From a virus (taxonomy: Duplodnaviria; Caudoviricetes): a DNA stretch of 64,000 bases. The DNA lies in IMG/VR virus record IMGVR_UViG_3300049215_000407, positions 448 to 64,447 of that record; one strand, 5' to 3'. The notes below the pieces were generated by a model. That model was not told where the DNA came from and did not search any database. It saw only the letters and a list, made by a program, of their open reading frames with translations. This document shows, in pieces, positions 35,423 to 45,723 of the stretch. A program made the position numbers and the translations under genes. Position 1 is the stretch's first letter; the number at the start of each line of letters is the position of its first letter.

Positions 35423-37059
35423 TTCGCATCCCACTCTTTGAACATTTCCGCCGCGAGGTCGTCCAGATCTTTCCCTTTCGCCTGCGCGAGCTCGGCTTCG
35501 CTCATCTCGCGCATCTTTCGGAAGCGCTCCGTGCGCGCGAGGTTCGTCTGCCAAATCAGATCGCGCTCGTAGTCGGCTTTCGTCTGATCGCTCCACCACT
35601 TCGGTGGCCACTCTTTGTATTTTTCTTTGTACCTCGCCGACGCGAAGCCCCACTTGAAGCCGCGCGATCGCGCCGTGCGCACGCAGCCGTCGTAGTATTT
35701 GCGCTTCTCGTCGACGGGACCTCTTTCAACGAGGGTCATGCCGGGCACTTCACGCGGGAGCTTGGGCGGTTCGATGGAGACGACTACGAACGAGTGGCCG
35801 CAGTGCTCGCACTCGCGCGCGTTGCTCGGGATGTACGCGTAGCACTTCGGACACGTCTTGAACTTGCCTGCGCTCGTGCGCTTCGGAGGACCTTCGATGT
35901 CCCATTCCACATCTTCATCGGGCCGGCCGTGCCGATCGAGATTCGCGCCGTGATCCAAGAAGATGGGCCGGATCAACTTCATGTCGAGACAGCCGCACTT
36001 CGTGCACGCGCCCTTGTCGTGATCGTCGGGCACGTGCCAGCACTCGCAGCACGGACGGCCGATGCGATTCATCTGCTTGTAGAGCGTCATCGACTTCGTG
36101 GGGCGCGCGATGATGACGCACTTCACGCTCGGTTGGTCCCAGCCTTCGGTGAGGATCTGGCAGTTCGAGACGACTTCCAGCTCGCCGTTCCGGAGCTTCG
36201 CGAGGATCTCCGCGCGCAGTTCTTCGGGCGTGTTGCCGTCGAGGTGTGCTGCCTTCACGCCCTCTTCGTGAAAGCGCTGAGCGATGGCGATCGAGTGCGC
36301 CACGCTCGTCGCGAAGATGACCGTGGGCCTCGCAATGCCGTCGAGCGCATGAAATTCGAGCCAGCGCTCGTAGATGCCGCCGACGAGGGCATCGCCGATC
36401 ATTACCTCTTCGAGCTCTTCGAGATTGAAGTCCCCCGCGAGCGTGTGCACGCCCTTGAGGTCCGGCTTCATTCGCTCGGGCACGGAGAAGCAGCGCGCCG
36501 CCGAGATGAATCCGTCTTGCGTCAGCTCTGCGTACGTCGCGGCTTGCACGATCACGTCGTAGGGACCGCCGCTTTTTCGTCCGAGAGGTTTCTGATCCGT
36601 GCGGCATGGCGTCGCCGTGAGACCAAGGTGGACCGCATCGGGGTACATCTCGAACACGAACTTCGTGTACGAGGGGGCGCATGCGCGGTGACACTCGTCG
36701 ACGATCACGATGTCGGGAACGAACGCGATGTTTCTCTGCGCGAGCGTTTGGATGCTCGCGACTTGGACGGGCATGAGGAGGTTCGTGCGCGGATCGTTCG
36801 CGCGGATGACGCCGACTTCGGTGATGCCCCACTTTGCGAGCTGCGCCACCATTTGATCGATCAGTTCGAGTCGATGAACGACGATGAGGATCTTCCCGTT
36901 GAAGTTCGTACGCGCGCTATAGATGATTGCGCAGACGAGCACGGTCTTGCCGCCACCCGTGGGCAGGCAAAGGATCACGCGCTTTCGACCAGCGAGTACG
37001 TGTGCGCGCGATTCGCCCACGCCGCGCCCTTGGTAGGGCCGAAGGATCGGAGCGCTCAC
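35419..37059 (-). CDS. superfamily 2 DEAD/DEAH-box helicase with C-terminal Zn ribbon
   Basis: LRPYQ, LPTGGGKT, DECH, GLTATP, LTEGWD, CPKC..CEHC. Confidence 0.9.
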   Translation of the reverse strand: MSAPILRPYQGRGVGESRAHVLAGRKRVILCLPTGGGKTVLVCAIIYSARTNFNGKILIVVHRLELIDQMVAQLAKWGITEVGVIRANDPRTNLLMPVQVASIQTLAQRNIAFVPDIVIVDECHRACAPSYTKFVFEMYPDAVHLGLTATPCRTDQKPLGRKSGGPYDVIVQAATYAELTQDGFISAARCFSVPERMKPDLKGVHTLAGDFNLEELEEVMIGDALVGGIYERWLEFHALDGIARPTVIFATSVAHSIAIAQRFHEEGVKAAHLDGNTPEELRAEILAKLRNGELEVVSNCQILTEGWDQPSVKCVIIARPTKSMTLYKQMNRIGRPCCECWHVPDDHDKGACTKCGCLDMKLIRPIFLDHGANLDRHGRPDEDVEWDIEGPPKRTSAGKFKTCPKCYAYIPSNARECEHCGHSFVVVSIEPPKLPREVPGMTLVERGPVDEKRKYYDGCVRTARSRGFKWGFASARYKEKYKEWPPKWWSDQTKADYERDLIWQTNLARTERFRKMREMSEAELAQAKGKDLDDLAAEMFKEWDAK

Positions 37060-37703
37060 GGTTCCTCCATTTGGATGCAATTTCCACAAAGTGATCGCGT
37101 GGGCTCGACGCGACGCATTCGACAACGCGGGCACGTCTTGCTCGTGTCGATGTCGATCTGCGCTCGCACGTGATGCTCGATCTCTTCGACTACAATCGGC
37201 TTCATCGATTCAGAAAATGCGCGAGCACTATCCTCGCTCGTCCCGCGCACCCAGTGACCGGGCTCGATCTCGAACCAGAACTTCAAAAGCAAGGCGTCGC
37301 GCTGTTCTTGTTCTTCGCGACGTTCCTTCCACGCGAGGTACTTCGCACGCGCGGTCACGAAGTAGTTCTTCATCGCCGCTGTCGGCTGCGTGCCTCGCAT
37401 CGCGCGCCAATCGCCGCGCATCGCAGCGAGCTTCACGTAGAAGATCTGGAGCTCCGCCGTGTAGTCCTCTGCGTCGATCGGGCCTTGCAGCTTTTCCGAT
37501 TTTTCTTCCGGGATGCGTAGCCCTTCGGCGCGGCACGCGTTGATGTACGCAGCGCTCGGAGGATCGAGCGTCATTTTTTCCCTGTACATCACCCAACCCT
37601 CGGGACTGAGCGGCCCTCGAACGAGCCGAAGCCCGCGCGAAGGCGCAAGCAGTGCCGAAAGCGGCACGTCTCCGTCTGGAGTGCGCTGATCGTCTCGTTC
37701 CAT
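37056..37703 (-). CDS. hypothetical protein with C-terminal Zn finger
   Basis: CPRC..CGNC; GAGG SD. Confidence 0.6.
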   Translation of the reverse strand: MERDDQRTPDGDVPLSALLAPSRGLRLVRGPLSPEGWVMYREKMTLDPPSAAYINACRAEGLRIPEEKSEKLQGPIDAEDYTAELQIFYVKLAAMRGDWRAMRGTQPTAAMKNYFVTARAKYLAWKERREEQEQRDALLLKFWFEIEPGHWVRGTSEDSARAFSESMKPIVVEEIEHHVRAQIDIDTSKTCPRCRMRRVEPTRSLCGNCIQMEEP

Positions 37704-37824
37704 TCGTTCCTCGCGTTGCGCTACAGACATCTAGCCGTAACACGCGGCGCTTGTGTGCGTCTAGAAGTTGGGCTATTTTTCCTGAGCATAGATCGCTCGT
37801 TCGTTTCGTTGCGTTGCGCTCTGT

Positions 37825-37865
37825 AGCCGCACTCGGATTCGTTCCCCGAGTGCGGCTTTTTTTTT
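37825..37865 (+). terminator. intrinsic terminator-like hairpin
   Basis: AGCCGCACTCGG/CCGAGTGCGGCT perfect stem followed by T-run. Confidence 0.7.
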
Positions 37866-37890
37866 GGCGCGCGCACTGAACAAATTTTCC

Positions 37891-37920
37891 TTGCAAGCCG
37901 TCTACTCAAGCGGTAGCACT
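37891..37920 (+). promoter_or_regulatory. putative promoter with ACTCAAGCG operator in spacer
   Basis: TTGCAA-N17-TAGCAC; ACTCAAGCG at 37904-37912. Confidence 0.45.
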
Positions 37921-37987
37921 GGATCTGCTCGCAGCCGCAACCTGCGTGCGACGTAACGCGACTCTGAACGACAGCGAGGAACGAACG

Positions 37988-38275
37988 ATGACGGACGAGA
38001 ACAATCTCGTCGAGATGACCATCCGTGTCGATGTGTCGGGGGGCATTCAGCTCGCTCACACCTGCGCGCGATGTGGCGCGGTAGCGCATAGCACCCCGAC
38101 CAGTTACGACTGCTTGAATCCCCAAACGGGACGTGCAGACACCAAGGTGTTCGTCGTGCAGAGCGCGATTCCTCCCGAGGGTTGGGAGCACCTTCGTATG
38201 ACCGATCCCGAGAAGACGTGGCACCTCGAAGTGTGCCCGGCGTGCATCCGGAAGTTTTTTCTGGAGAAGCGATGA
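37988..38275 (+). CDS. Zn-finger hypothetical protein
   Basis: CARC..PEGW..CPAC. Confidence 0.6.
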   Translation: MTDENNLVEMTIRVDVSGGIQLAHTCARCGAVAHSTPTSYDCLNPQTGRADTKVFVVQSAIPPEGWEHLRMTDPEKTWHLEVCPACIRKFFLEKR

Positions 38276-38685
38276 GCGCAGACGTCGGCAAGGTTCGTCG
38301 CGAGCACGCCGAAGAGCAGGCGAAGGAGCGGGGCTGCGTCATCGTCGAACCGAAACCGAACGAGCTTTTTCTCGACATCGATAGCGCTGAGGAAATGGCG
38401 TACTTCGAGAAGCAGATCAGGCGCGTTGCCGTGAGGTGGAAGCTCACGTGGACGGCGAGCGAATCGCCGAGCGGCAAGATGGGTCGCTATCACGTCTATG
38501 TGACGTTCTTCGATCGCGAGCTGGATCACTGGCAACGCATCGCCTTGCAGGCGGTGCTCGGCTCCGACCGGATTCGTGAGCTGATCTCGGTGCATCGCTT
38601 GCTCGACGGCGATGCGGCACCCACGCTCTTCTTCGAGAAGCCCGAAGCAGTTCGCCTTCGCGCGATGGAGAACCCGAAGCCATGA
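38272..38685 (+). CDS. hypothetical protein (primase-fragment-like motifs)
   Basis: LFLDID..SPSG..HVYV..LQAVLGSD..RE. Confidence 0.6.
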   Translation: MSADVGKVRREHAEEQAKERGCVIVEPKPNELFLDIDSAEEMAYFEKQIRRVAVRWKLTWTASESPSGKMGRYHVYVTFFDRELDHWQRIALQAVLGSDRIRELISVHRLLDGDAAPTLFFEKPEAVRLRAMENPKP

Positions 38686-38927
38686 CCGAAGAAGAAATTA
38701 TTTCGATGATGCAGAGCACGCTCGGTTGCCTTCGCGCTGATCTCGTCGTGGTGGCCGTCGCCATGAAGGGAAACGACATGTCGCCCGAGCGATTGCTCGT
38801 TGCCGCGGAACTGATCCAAAAAACGCAGGATGATCTTTCCGTTCGCGCGGACAATCTGCGGAAAATGCGAGAGATACGGGCAGCGGTGCCGCCGCTTCCC
38901 GTGCCGGGACCGGGGAGGCAATCGTGA
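38682..38927 (+). CDS. hypothetical protein
   Basis: Coupled ORF. Confidence 0.5.
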   Translation: MTEEEIISMMQSTLGCLRADLVVVAVAMKGNDMSPERLLVAAELIQKTQDDLSVRADNLRKMREIRAAVPPLPVPGPGRQS

Positions 38928-39145
38928 AGCTCGACACCTTCCGAAAGAGCTTGGACAACACGAGCGTCCGGCCGATCTCGGAAGCGGTGCTCGATGAAGA
39001 CAACCGTTGGGTGACAGAAGTCTCGTCGCTCGAAGAGCTTCGCGCCATCGCTCTACGTGAAAGCGGCGGGATCATCGAGCTCCACTTCCTCGACGGCACC
39101 GGGGACATGGACATGCTCGTGATTGTCGATGCGGCCGACGATTAG
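38924..39145 (+). CDS. hypothetical protein
   Basis: Coupled ORF. Confidence 0.5.
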   Translation: MKLDTFRKSLDNTSVRPISEAVLDEDNRWVTEVSSLEELRAIALRESGGIIELHFLDGTGDMDMLVIVDAADD

Positions 39146-39160
39146 AAAAGGAGATGCACC

Positions 39161-39514
39161 GTGGCAAAAGACAAAGCGATCATCCGAAATCTGCAGGCTC
39201 GAAAAAGCGATCGGCTCCTTCGTGGAGTGATGGAAGGCAAGACGGTCATTTGCGCTTACGAGCCGCACCCGCCAGCCAAACGTCCCGCACGCACGCCGAT
39301 CCATGAAGCCTTCGGGCGCGGTGAATCGGTCGACGGACATCTCGTCGTCACGAGCAAGAAGATCACGTTCATTCGCGGCGTCATCTACGTCACGTGTCCC
39401 GAGTGTGGCGATCAGCTCCCGCTCTACAAGGTGGGCCTTCGTCACATCGGCGGAGATCTCCGCAACCAGTCTCGTTGCATGAAGTGCCGCAAGCATGTGA
39501 AGAAGGCGGCATGA
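39161..39514 (+). CDS. Zn-finger hypothetical protein
   Basis: CPEC..QSRCMKC. Confidence 0.55.
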   Translation: MAKDKAIIRNLQARKSDRLLRGVMEGKTVICAYEPHPPAKRPARTPIHEAFGRGESVDGHLVVTSKKITFIRGVIYVTCPECGDQLPLYKVGLRHIGGDLRNQSRCMKCRKHVKKAA

Positions 39515-40461
39515 GCAGCACCGAGCTTGTTCCCTCGAAGCAGTCGAAGGATCTGCTTCTCATCGAGCGGCTAGCGAGCGCGCTGGAGAAATGCGCTTCG
39601 GTGGACGAGATCAAAGACGTACGCGATCGGGCGATGGCCATCCAGCTCTACGCGCGAAAGAAAGCGGGTGGCCTTGCCGCTGCGCAGTCGGCCGGTCGTG
39701 TCGTTACCGAGGCGACTCTCAAGCTCGCCGAGCTCTATGCCGACGAGACCTCGACCCAGAAGATAGCCCGACGTCTTGACCGCAAACAAGACATGCCGGG
39801 CAAGGTGGCAATCGCCCGCGCAGCCGAGATGGATCCTGCCGCCCTCTCTCGCCTCAAGCCACTCGTCGCGCTGGGGAAGGCTGACGTAAAGGCCGCGATG
39901 CGAGCCATCGAGGAGGCCGGCGAAGTCGTGACGCCAGCGGCGCTACTTCGTCAGGTGACGGCAACAAGCTCTTCCGACGACTACGATGGAGACGAGTGGT
40001 ACACACCGCCCGATTTTTTGGATCGTGTGCGCTTGGTTCTCGGCGAGATCGATCTCGATCCGGCGTCGAGCGCCTTTGCGCAAAAGACCGTTGGCGCAAA
40101 GCGCTTCTTCACCAAGAAGGACAATGGGCTCACGAAGTCATGGTCGGGCAACGTCTTCTGTAACCCGCCCTACTCGTCGCCGCTCATCTCGCAGTTCGCC
40201 GAGAAGTTCACCGCGTCGTCCGAAGGAAAGATGAACGCCGGGATCTTTCTCGTGAACAACACGACGGACACGGCGTGGTTTCAATCGCTTCTCAAGCGCT
40301 ACTCCGTGTGCTTCACCGCGGGTCGCATCGCCTTCCTTACGCGCAGCGGCGAACGAATGAATCAGACGAGGCAAGGACAAGCTGTCTTTTACTTCGGCCG
40401 GAAGAAGGCAGCCTTTCTCCAACATTTTGGAGAAATCGGGACCGTGGTGGGAGCGTTGTGA
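39511..40461 (+). CDS. phage-type DNA N6-adenine methyltransferase
   Basis: DEWYTP, IDLDPAS, VFCNPPYS, TDTAWF, GRIAF. Confidence 0.85.
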   Translation: MSSTELVPSKQSKDLLLIERLASALEKCASVDEIKDVRDRAMAIQLYARKKAGGLAAAQSAGRVVTEATLKLAELYADETSTQKIARRLDRKQDMPGKVAIARAAEMDPAALSRLKPLVALGKADVKAAMRAIEEAGEVVTPAALLRQVTATSSSDDYDGDEWYTPPDFLDRVRLVLGEIDLDPASSAFAQKTVGAKRFFTKKDNGLTKSWSGNVFCNPPYSSPLISQFAEKFTASSEGKMNAGIFLVNNTTDTAWFQSLLKRYSVCFTAGRIAFLTRSGERMNQTRQGQAVFYFGRKKAAFLQHFGEIGTVVGAL

Positions 40462-41747
40462 TGAACGAAGAAAAAGCAGCCCCTTTGCCCGTCGACGGAC
40501 GCGAGATCGTCGACCCGAAAGACATGAAGCGGCACCTGGAGCTGATCTCGCACTCCGAAATCCAGTGTCACCAACGCTGTCCTCGGGAGCATCACTACCG
40601 CTATCGGCTGCGGCGGCGTCCCGTCGTCGAAGAAGCTCCCCTGGTGTTTGGGAAGCTCGTCGACGAGAGCTTGCAGGCTTGGTGGGAAGCGGGACCCCTT
40701 CACGGGCGCACGGCGATGCTCGGGAAGCTCGATCTGCTCGTGCTCGAAGAGAGAGCGCGCATCATGAAGGGCGGCAAGCCGCGCTTCGATGATTTCGAGG
40801 TCGTGAAGGCGCGCGCGTTGTTGATTGGGTACGACGCACGGTGGGCGAACGAGCCGTACGAAGTGATCCGCGTGCAGCCGATGTTCGTCACGCCGGTGTT
40901 CAACCCAGACACCGGCCGGCCGTCCAACACGTTCGAGCTCGGCGGCAAGCTCGACGTACTCGTGCGCGATGTGCGCACGGGGGAAGTTGCGATCGTTGAA
41001 ACGAAGACCACGAGCGACGACATCTCGATGACGTCGAGCTACTGGCACACCGTCTCGGCGACCGACCCGCAGGTGAGCACCTACTACAAGGGCGCACGCG
41101 CAATCCTCGAAGGCATGGGCATCAAGGAAGAGCCCGCGCGCTGCGTGTACGACGTGATCCGCAAGCCCACGATCAAGCCCTACCGGGCCACACCCGTGGA
41201 GTCGCGCAAGTTTACGGAGCCGAAGAAGAAGAAGTGTCCCGAGTGCAGGAAGAAGAAGGCGATCGCTGCGCCGCATACCTTCGAGGTGAAGAACGGCGAA
41301 CACGTTTTCAAAGAAACGTTCGACATGATTCCTGGCATGACGCTTTTTCGAGAGGACACGCGAGAGGTTTTGGAGGTCACGTGTCTCGATGGCGAGATCG
41401 TCACAGATCCGGGGGGCAAGCTCTACGCGAACCTTCGCGATCGCGACGAGACGCCGGAGGAGTTCTACGTGCGGCTCCTTACGGACATCAAGGAGCGTCC
41501 GGAATTTTACTACGCGCGCGGCGATGTGGTGCGGCTCGAACAGGACGAGATCGAGCACTCGCACGATCTCTGGCACACCGCGCGGATCATGCGCGAGATG
41601 CAACTTGCCAAGAGAGCGCCGCGTCACCTCGGGCAGTGCAAGCGCTTCGGGCGGTTCTGTAACTACTTCCCGGTGTGCTCGCACCTCACCACGATCGAGA
41701 GCTTTCCGATCGCCGAGGACAAGCACGAGGAGCTCAAGGAGATCTGA
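40461..41747 (+). CDS. PD-(D/E)XK RecB-family exonuclease
   Basis: SHSEIQC..CPRE, GKLD..IVETKT..Q..Y, C-terminal C..C...C cluster. Confidence 0.8.
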   Translation: MNEEKAAPLPVDGREIVDPKDMKRHLELISHSEIQCHQRCPREHHYRYRLRRRPVVEEAPLVFGKLVDESLQAWWEAGPLHGRTAMLGKLDLLVLEERARIMKGGKPRFDDFEVVKARALLIGYDARWANEPYEVIRVQPMFVTPVFNPDTGRPSNTFELGGKLDVLVRDVRTGEVAIVETKTTSDDISMTSSYWHTVSATDPQVSTYYKGARAILEGMGIKEEPARCVYDVIRKPTIKPYRATPVESRKFTEPKKKKCPECRKKKAIAAPHTFEVKNGEHVFKETFDMIPGMTLFREDTREVLEVTCLDGEIVTDPGGKLYANLRDRDETPEEFYVRLLTDIKERPEFYYARGDVVRLEQDEIEHSHDLWHTARIMREMQLAKRAPRHLGQCKRFGRFCNYFPVCSHLTTIESFPIAEDKHEELKEI

Positions 41748-41977
41748 TGTCCAAGGATCCCCCGGTTTACGCTGCAACTTCTGGAGCCGGCGTCGCGGCG
41801 TGTCTCGACGACATGGCCGCAAAGCTCGGACGCAAGGTCCGCGTCTACGTGATCGGCTACAAGGATCGCTCGAAAGAGGAGACAACGCGGCTCATCAAGT
41901 CCGCGGACATCAGCGTGATGTTCGACGCGTGGGAAGCGCTCGACGATCGCTCTCGCTACGAATGGGTGAACAAATGA
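41747..41977 (+). CDS. hypothetical protein
   Basis: Coupled ORF. Confidence 0.5.
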   Translation: MSKDPPVYAATSGAGVAACLDDMAAKLGRKVRVYVIGYKDRSKEETTRLIKSADISVMFDAWEALDDRSRYEWVNK

Positions 41978-42489
41978 AGCGAACGCCGTCGCCTCAAGAA
42001 ACGAAGATCATCAACACGCACGTTGCGGCGATCCTCGAAGAGCTCAACGCGGCCGGGATCTACTCGAACGCTGTCCTCGCGTTCGTCGCACTCGACGGAT
42101 GGGACTATCACCTCGCGACGATGATCGGGCGCGAGCTTGAGGGTCCAGCCGAAGAGGGAATCGAAGCGCTCATGAAGTACGCGCACGATGAGATCGGTCG
42201 CCAGCTTGCCGGAGGAGAAGAGCCCGCGGCCGGGGATCGCGCGCCCGATGAACGCATCACTGTCACCGAGTCGATGGGCTGGAGGCAGCGTCTCGAACAG
42301 ATTCGCGGGATCCCGCGTGACGGTGTAGAGCGCATTTCGATCAGCGTGAGAATGCTCGAAGACGTGGTTGCGGCGCTCGATCACATGAAGAAGCTCGAAG
42401 AGGGTATTCGAGAGTGCGAAGGCGACGGCGGATGCCGCGCTGCGAAGTTTGTAGAGGAAGAGAAGACGCAGCGCCCGCTCGCGAACTAG
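41974..42489 (+). CDS. hypothetical protein
   Basis: Coupled ORF. Confidence 0.5.
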   Translation: MKRTPSPQETKIINTHVAAILEELNAAGIYSNAVLAFVALDGWDYHLATMIGRELEGPAEEGIEALMKYAHDEIGRQLAGGEEPAAGDRAPDERITVTESMGWRQRLEQIRGIPRDGVERISISVRMLEDVVAALDHMKKLEEGIRECEGDGGCRAAKFVEEEKTQRPLAN

Positions 42490-42530
42490 ATTTTTTTTTG
42501 TGAATTGTGTGAAACCGAAGGAGTGAAAAC

Positions 42531-43520
42531 ATGACTCAGCAAACCGTGAACTACGATGCGGTCCTCGCGACCGGATCGAAACAAAAGATGAAGCGCCCAC
42601 CGATCACGTTCCTCTACGGAGAGAAGAAGATCGGCAAGACCACGTTCGGGGCAGCGGCTCCGAAGCCCGCGTTCCTTTGCGGGGAGGACGGCGCGCACGC
42701 GATCGCCGATGTGCGCTTCCCCGGTGAGGGACAAATCGCAGCGTGGCCGGAGCTCCTCAACTACACGAAGGCGCTCGCGTACGGAAAGCACGACCATCAA
42801 ACGATCGTCGCCGATACAATCGGTCCTCTTTGTTCGCTCTGCCTCGATCACACGGTCGCCGCATCGAAGGCGGCGTCGTGGGAGAAAATGGGCTGGGGCA
42901 AGGAAGAAGATCTCGTTCGCGAGTGGCGGGTGTGGCTCTCTCTTCTGGAGCACTGCCGCAACAAGCGCAACATGGGCATCATTCTTCTCGCGCACGCCAC
43001 GCAAGCCGGCGTCCAGGATTCGCAGCTCGGCGAAAAATACTACGTGTGGCAGGGCGACATGCAGCGCTCGATCTGGAACTTCACGTCGAACTGGGCCGAC
43101 ATCGTGCTCTACGTCGCGAAGGAGCGTGCGCTTTTGGGTTTGGGAGACGACGAGCGCGCTCGCGCCATGGTGAAGGACACGCATTGGGTGTACTCCACAC
43201 AAACGTCCGAGCACTACGGCTTCGAGGCTGGCGTGCGCGGCGGCTACTGGCTCCCGCCGAAGTTCAAGCTCGAACTGTCGAATCCGTACAAGGCGTTCGC
43301 AGACGCGATCTCCGACACGCCCGTTGCGGTGCGCGCGCGAATCCTGGAGCTTGGCAAGTCTCTACCCAAGGGCGGCGATGCCACCGTGCTGAATCTCCTC
43401 GCGTGGGCAACCCCATCGAGCCTCGGGACGCTCGGCGACAACATGACTGCGCTTCGTGCGCTCGAAGTGCGCATGCAAGAAGAGCTCGCGAAGCACGGAC
43501 AGCCGCGGGCGGCGACGTGA
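42531..43520 (+). CDS. AAA_24/Sak4-like ATPase (single-strand annealing candidate)
   Basis: LYGEKKIGKTT, TIVADT, IILLAH, WADIVLY; adjacent to exonuclease and SSB. Confidence 0.8.
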   Translation: MTQQTVNYDAVLATGSKQKMKRPPITFLYGEKKIGKTTFGAAAPKPAFLCGEDGAHAIADVRFPGEGQIAAWPELLNYTKALAYGKHDHQTIVADTIGPLCSLCLDHTVAASKAASWEKMGWGKEEDLVREWRVWLSLLEHCRNKRNMGIILLAHATQAGVQDSQLGEKYYVWQGDMQRSIWNFTSNWADIVLYVAKERALLGLGDDERARAMVKDTHWVYSTQTSEHYGFEAGVRGGYWLPPKFKLELSNPYKAFADAISDTPVAVRARILELGKSLPKGGDATVLNLLAWATPSSLGTLGDNMTALRALEVRMQEELAKHGQPRAAT

Positions 43521-44116
43521 GAATCAACGTCTATGCGGAGGAGATGACCGATCGCGTCGAGATCATCTCCAAAGAGATCGAGGGCCAGAAGTTCACGGGC
43601 CTTCGCATCTACCTGGAGCTCCCCGTGACGGTGCTCGTGTGCAACGCATGCGGCGCTATCGAACCGACGACCACGATCAAACGGTTGATGACCGATCATG
43701 CCGCTCCAACGCCGATAGGTTCCTTGGAGAATTGCAGGGACACGCCGGACGGCGTGCATCGCTTCCGGCCGCGCCAGCTCTCGGGACCCTTTCAACATGG
43801 ACCCGGCGACGATGACTCCGCAGCCGTCACGTTCTGGGGTAAGCGCGATTTGCGTGAGGTGCTCGACGTCGCGATGGCGAAGCTCGACGAGCACTACGAA
43901 CCTCGCAAGGTGACCAAGACCGTCGAGCTGGAGCTTCCCGAAGAGGATCGGCAAATGGTCTTGCTTGCCCTCGCGGTGCTCTCGCTCGAATCTCCGGGAT
44001 TCGATCACGCGCTCAACGAGATCGCGAAGCGCATCGACAACGTGGAGAGCGATCGCGCGCTCATGTACGACGTGTTTCGTGCGACGCGACGGAAGGATGT
44101 GCCGCCGCCGTTCTAG
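43517..44116 (+). CDS. hypothetical protein
   Basis: RINVYAEE..DDDSAAVTFW. Confidence 0.6.
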   Translation: MRINVYAEEMTDRVEIISKEIEGQKFTGLRIYLELPVTVLVCNACGAIEPTTTIKRLMTDHAAPTPIGSLENCRDTPDGVHRFRPRQLSGPFQHGPGDDDSAAVTFWGKRDLREVLDVAMAKLDEHYEPRKVTKTVELELPEEDRQMVLLALAVLSLESPGFDHALNEIAKRIDNVESDRALMYDVFRATRRKDVPPPF

Positions 44117-44167
44117 GATGTTTGTTTGTGTATTTGTTGACTGAAACCAAAGAAAGAGAAGTGGATC

Positions 44168-44848
44168 ATGCCGAGTGGTGACAATTTCTGGGGACGTGTC
44201 GTGAAAGAGGAATCGGGACTTCGCGAGAGCAAGGACAAGCACACGCCGTTCTTCGGTTTGCTGTTCGAGATCACGCGGGGCGAGTTCATCGACGCCGAAG
44301 GCAAAAGGCAGTCTGTCGTGGGCAAGCGCTACAGCTACGACGGGTGGCTCACGCCGGACGCTCAAGAGCGCACGCTGCAGTCGCTCATCTACTGCGGTCT
44401 CGACGTCCGCAACGGAGCGACGCTGCAAAATCCGATCGGGATCGACAAGAACGAGGTGCCGCTCACGCTCGAAGAAGAGAGCTGGCAAGACGTGAACGAC
44501 GGAAACAAGTGGAAGAAGCGCACGCGCATCGCGTGGGTGAACGATCCCGCACGTGCCGCATCGATTCACGCGCGCATGGCCGAAGCCGAGGCGACGTCGT
44601 TCTCGCAGAAGATGCAAGGCGAGCTCGAAGCCACCTTCGCGAAGCTGCAAGGATCGAGATCGGGAGGTGCGAAGCCTCAAGGTGCGCCGGGCAGCTTCGA
44701 CTTCGGAGCGAACGCTCCGGTGTCGCCGCCCTCGGGCGCTCCGCCCGCAGCCGTTCCTGGAGGGCAAGCCGCTCCGGCAGATCCTCCGGCACCCCCTGCG
44801 CCACCGCCGCCGCAAGTCACGCAACCGGACGCGGCAGCGAAATACTGA
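44168..44848 (+). CDS. SSB-like (OB-fold, DUF669-like) protein
   Basis: Beta-rich N-terminus, Pro/Ala tail, position after Sak4-like gene. Confidence 0.55.
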   Translation: MPSGDNFWGRVVKEESGLRESKDKHTPFFGLLFEITRGEFIDAEGKRQSVVGKRYSYDGWLTPDAQERTLQSLIYCGLDVRNGATLQNPIGIDKNEVPLTLEEESWQDVNDGNKWKKRTRIAWVNDPARAASIHARMAEAEATSFSQKMQGELEATFAKLQGSRSGGAKPQGAPGSFDFGANAPVSPPSGAPPAAVPGGQAAPADPPAPPAPPPPQVTQPDAAAKY

Positions 44849-44852
44849 GCGC

Positions 44853-45053
44853 GTGAGGTACACGGTGTTCTCTTGGGACGGGACAGAGATCGACACGATC
44901 TTCTGTCTCGCCCCAGGGGGCGCTGCGAAGCTCGCCGTCGAAGAACGGGGCTTCCGACCGGGGTTGATTGTCGTAGTGGATGAATTCGGCGCGCGCACGC
45001 TTTGGGAAGTGCATGCAACGCGGCTCGTGTTCGCGAATGAGGTAAGGCCGTGA
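44853..45053 (+). CDS. hypothetical protein
   Basis: ORF in operon. Confidence 0.4.
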   Translation: MRYTVFSWDGTEIDTIFCLAPGGAAKLAVEERGFRPGLIVVVDEFGARTLWEVHATRLVFANEVRP

Positions 45054-45313
45054 GTGCAAAGAAGGAAAAGAAGAAAACGCATTCGGTCGCTGAGCGATGC
45101 GATTGCAAAGCCAACCGTGAACGCGCTGCAGAGCACCTCGCGGATCTGGTGCGCGAGAGCGTTGATCCGCACGACTCGGGGCACTCCGATGTTGTCATCG
45201 TGCTCGTCAATCACACGGGCTCGTCGCTCATCGGCAACGTGAATGGGGTCCAAGCCAAGATCGATCTTCTTCGCGAGGTGTGCAGTGAATGGGAGAAGGG
45301 TCCAATCCAATGA
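45050..45313 (+). CDS. hypothetical protein
   Basis: Coupled ORF. Confidence 0.5.
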   Translation: MSAKKEKKKTHSVAERCDCKANRERAAEHLADLVRESVDPHDSGHSDVVIVLVNHTGSSLIGNVNGVQAKIDLLREVCSEWEKGPIQ

Positions 45314-45723
45314 GTGACGTACCGAAGGATCGCAATCTCACGGGAATGGGTCGAGCCGAGCTCGAAAGATTGCTTTGGCAGGTGGCTCACGAGCGCGACA
45401 CGTACCGTGAGACGTGCAAGAACGCGCAAGAGAACGGCACGAACCTCTGGAACAAAGTCGTGCGCGTGAAGAACCTCCTTCGCGTTGCGCAGCCGTACCT
45501 CGAAGAAGACAACGCGCGATGCCCGGATGAACTGGAGCTCGCCGCGCTCTGCAACGAGATCGAAAAAGAAATCGGCTCGCTCGAAGACAATACGACCGAG
45601 GAAGAGGGGCGCATGGTTGCCGAGCGCCTCGGGATCGACATGGAGAAGTGGGCCGCGGAGCTGCGCGCCAAGGTTGACGCGGCGGACAAAAAAGAAGGAG
45701 AGAACGATGGGATCGAAAAATAA
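45310..45723 (+). CDS. coiled-coil hypothetical protein
   Basis: Coupled ORF. Confidence 0.55.
   Translation: MSDVPKDRNLTGMGRAELERLLWQVAHERDTYRETCKNAQENGTNLWNKVVRVKNLLRVAQPYLEEDNARCPDELELAALCNEIEKEIGSLEDNTTEEEGRMVAERLGIDMEKWAAELRAKVDAADKKEGENDGIEK

Noticed and set aside
35125-37173. 682-aa + strand ORF (likewise 43244-45310, 40389-41885, 60097-61437)
   Set aside because: Antisense shadows of genuine genes in GC-rich DNA, with no motifs
40461-41747. Cas4 of a CRISPR system
   Set aside because: Context (Sak4-like ATPase, SSB) fits a phage recombination exonuclease; no array or other cas genes
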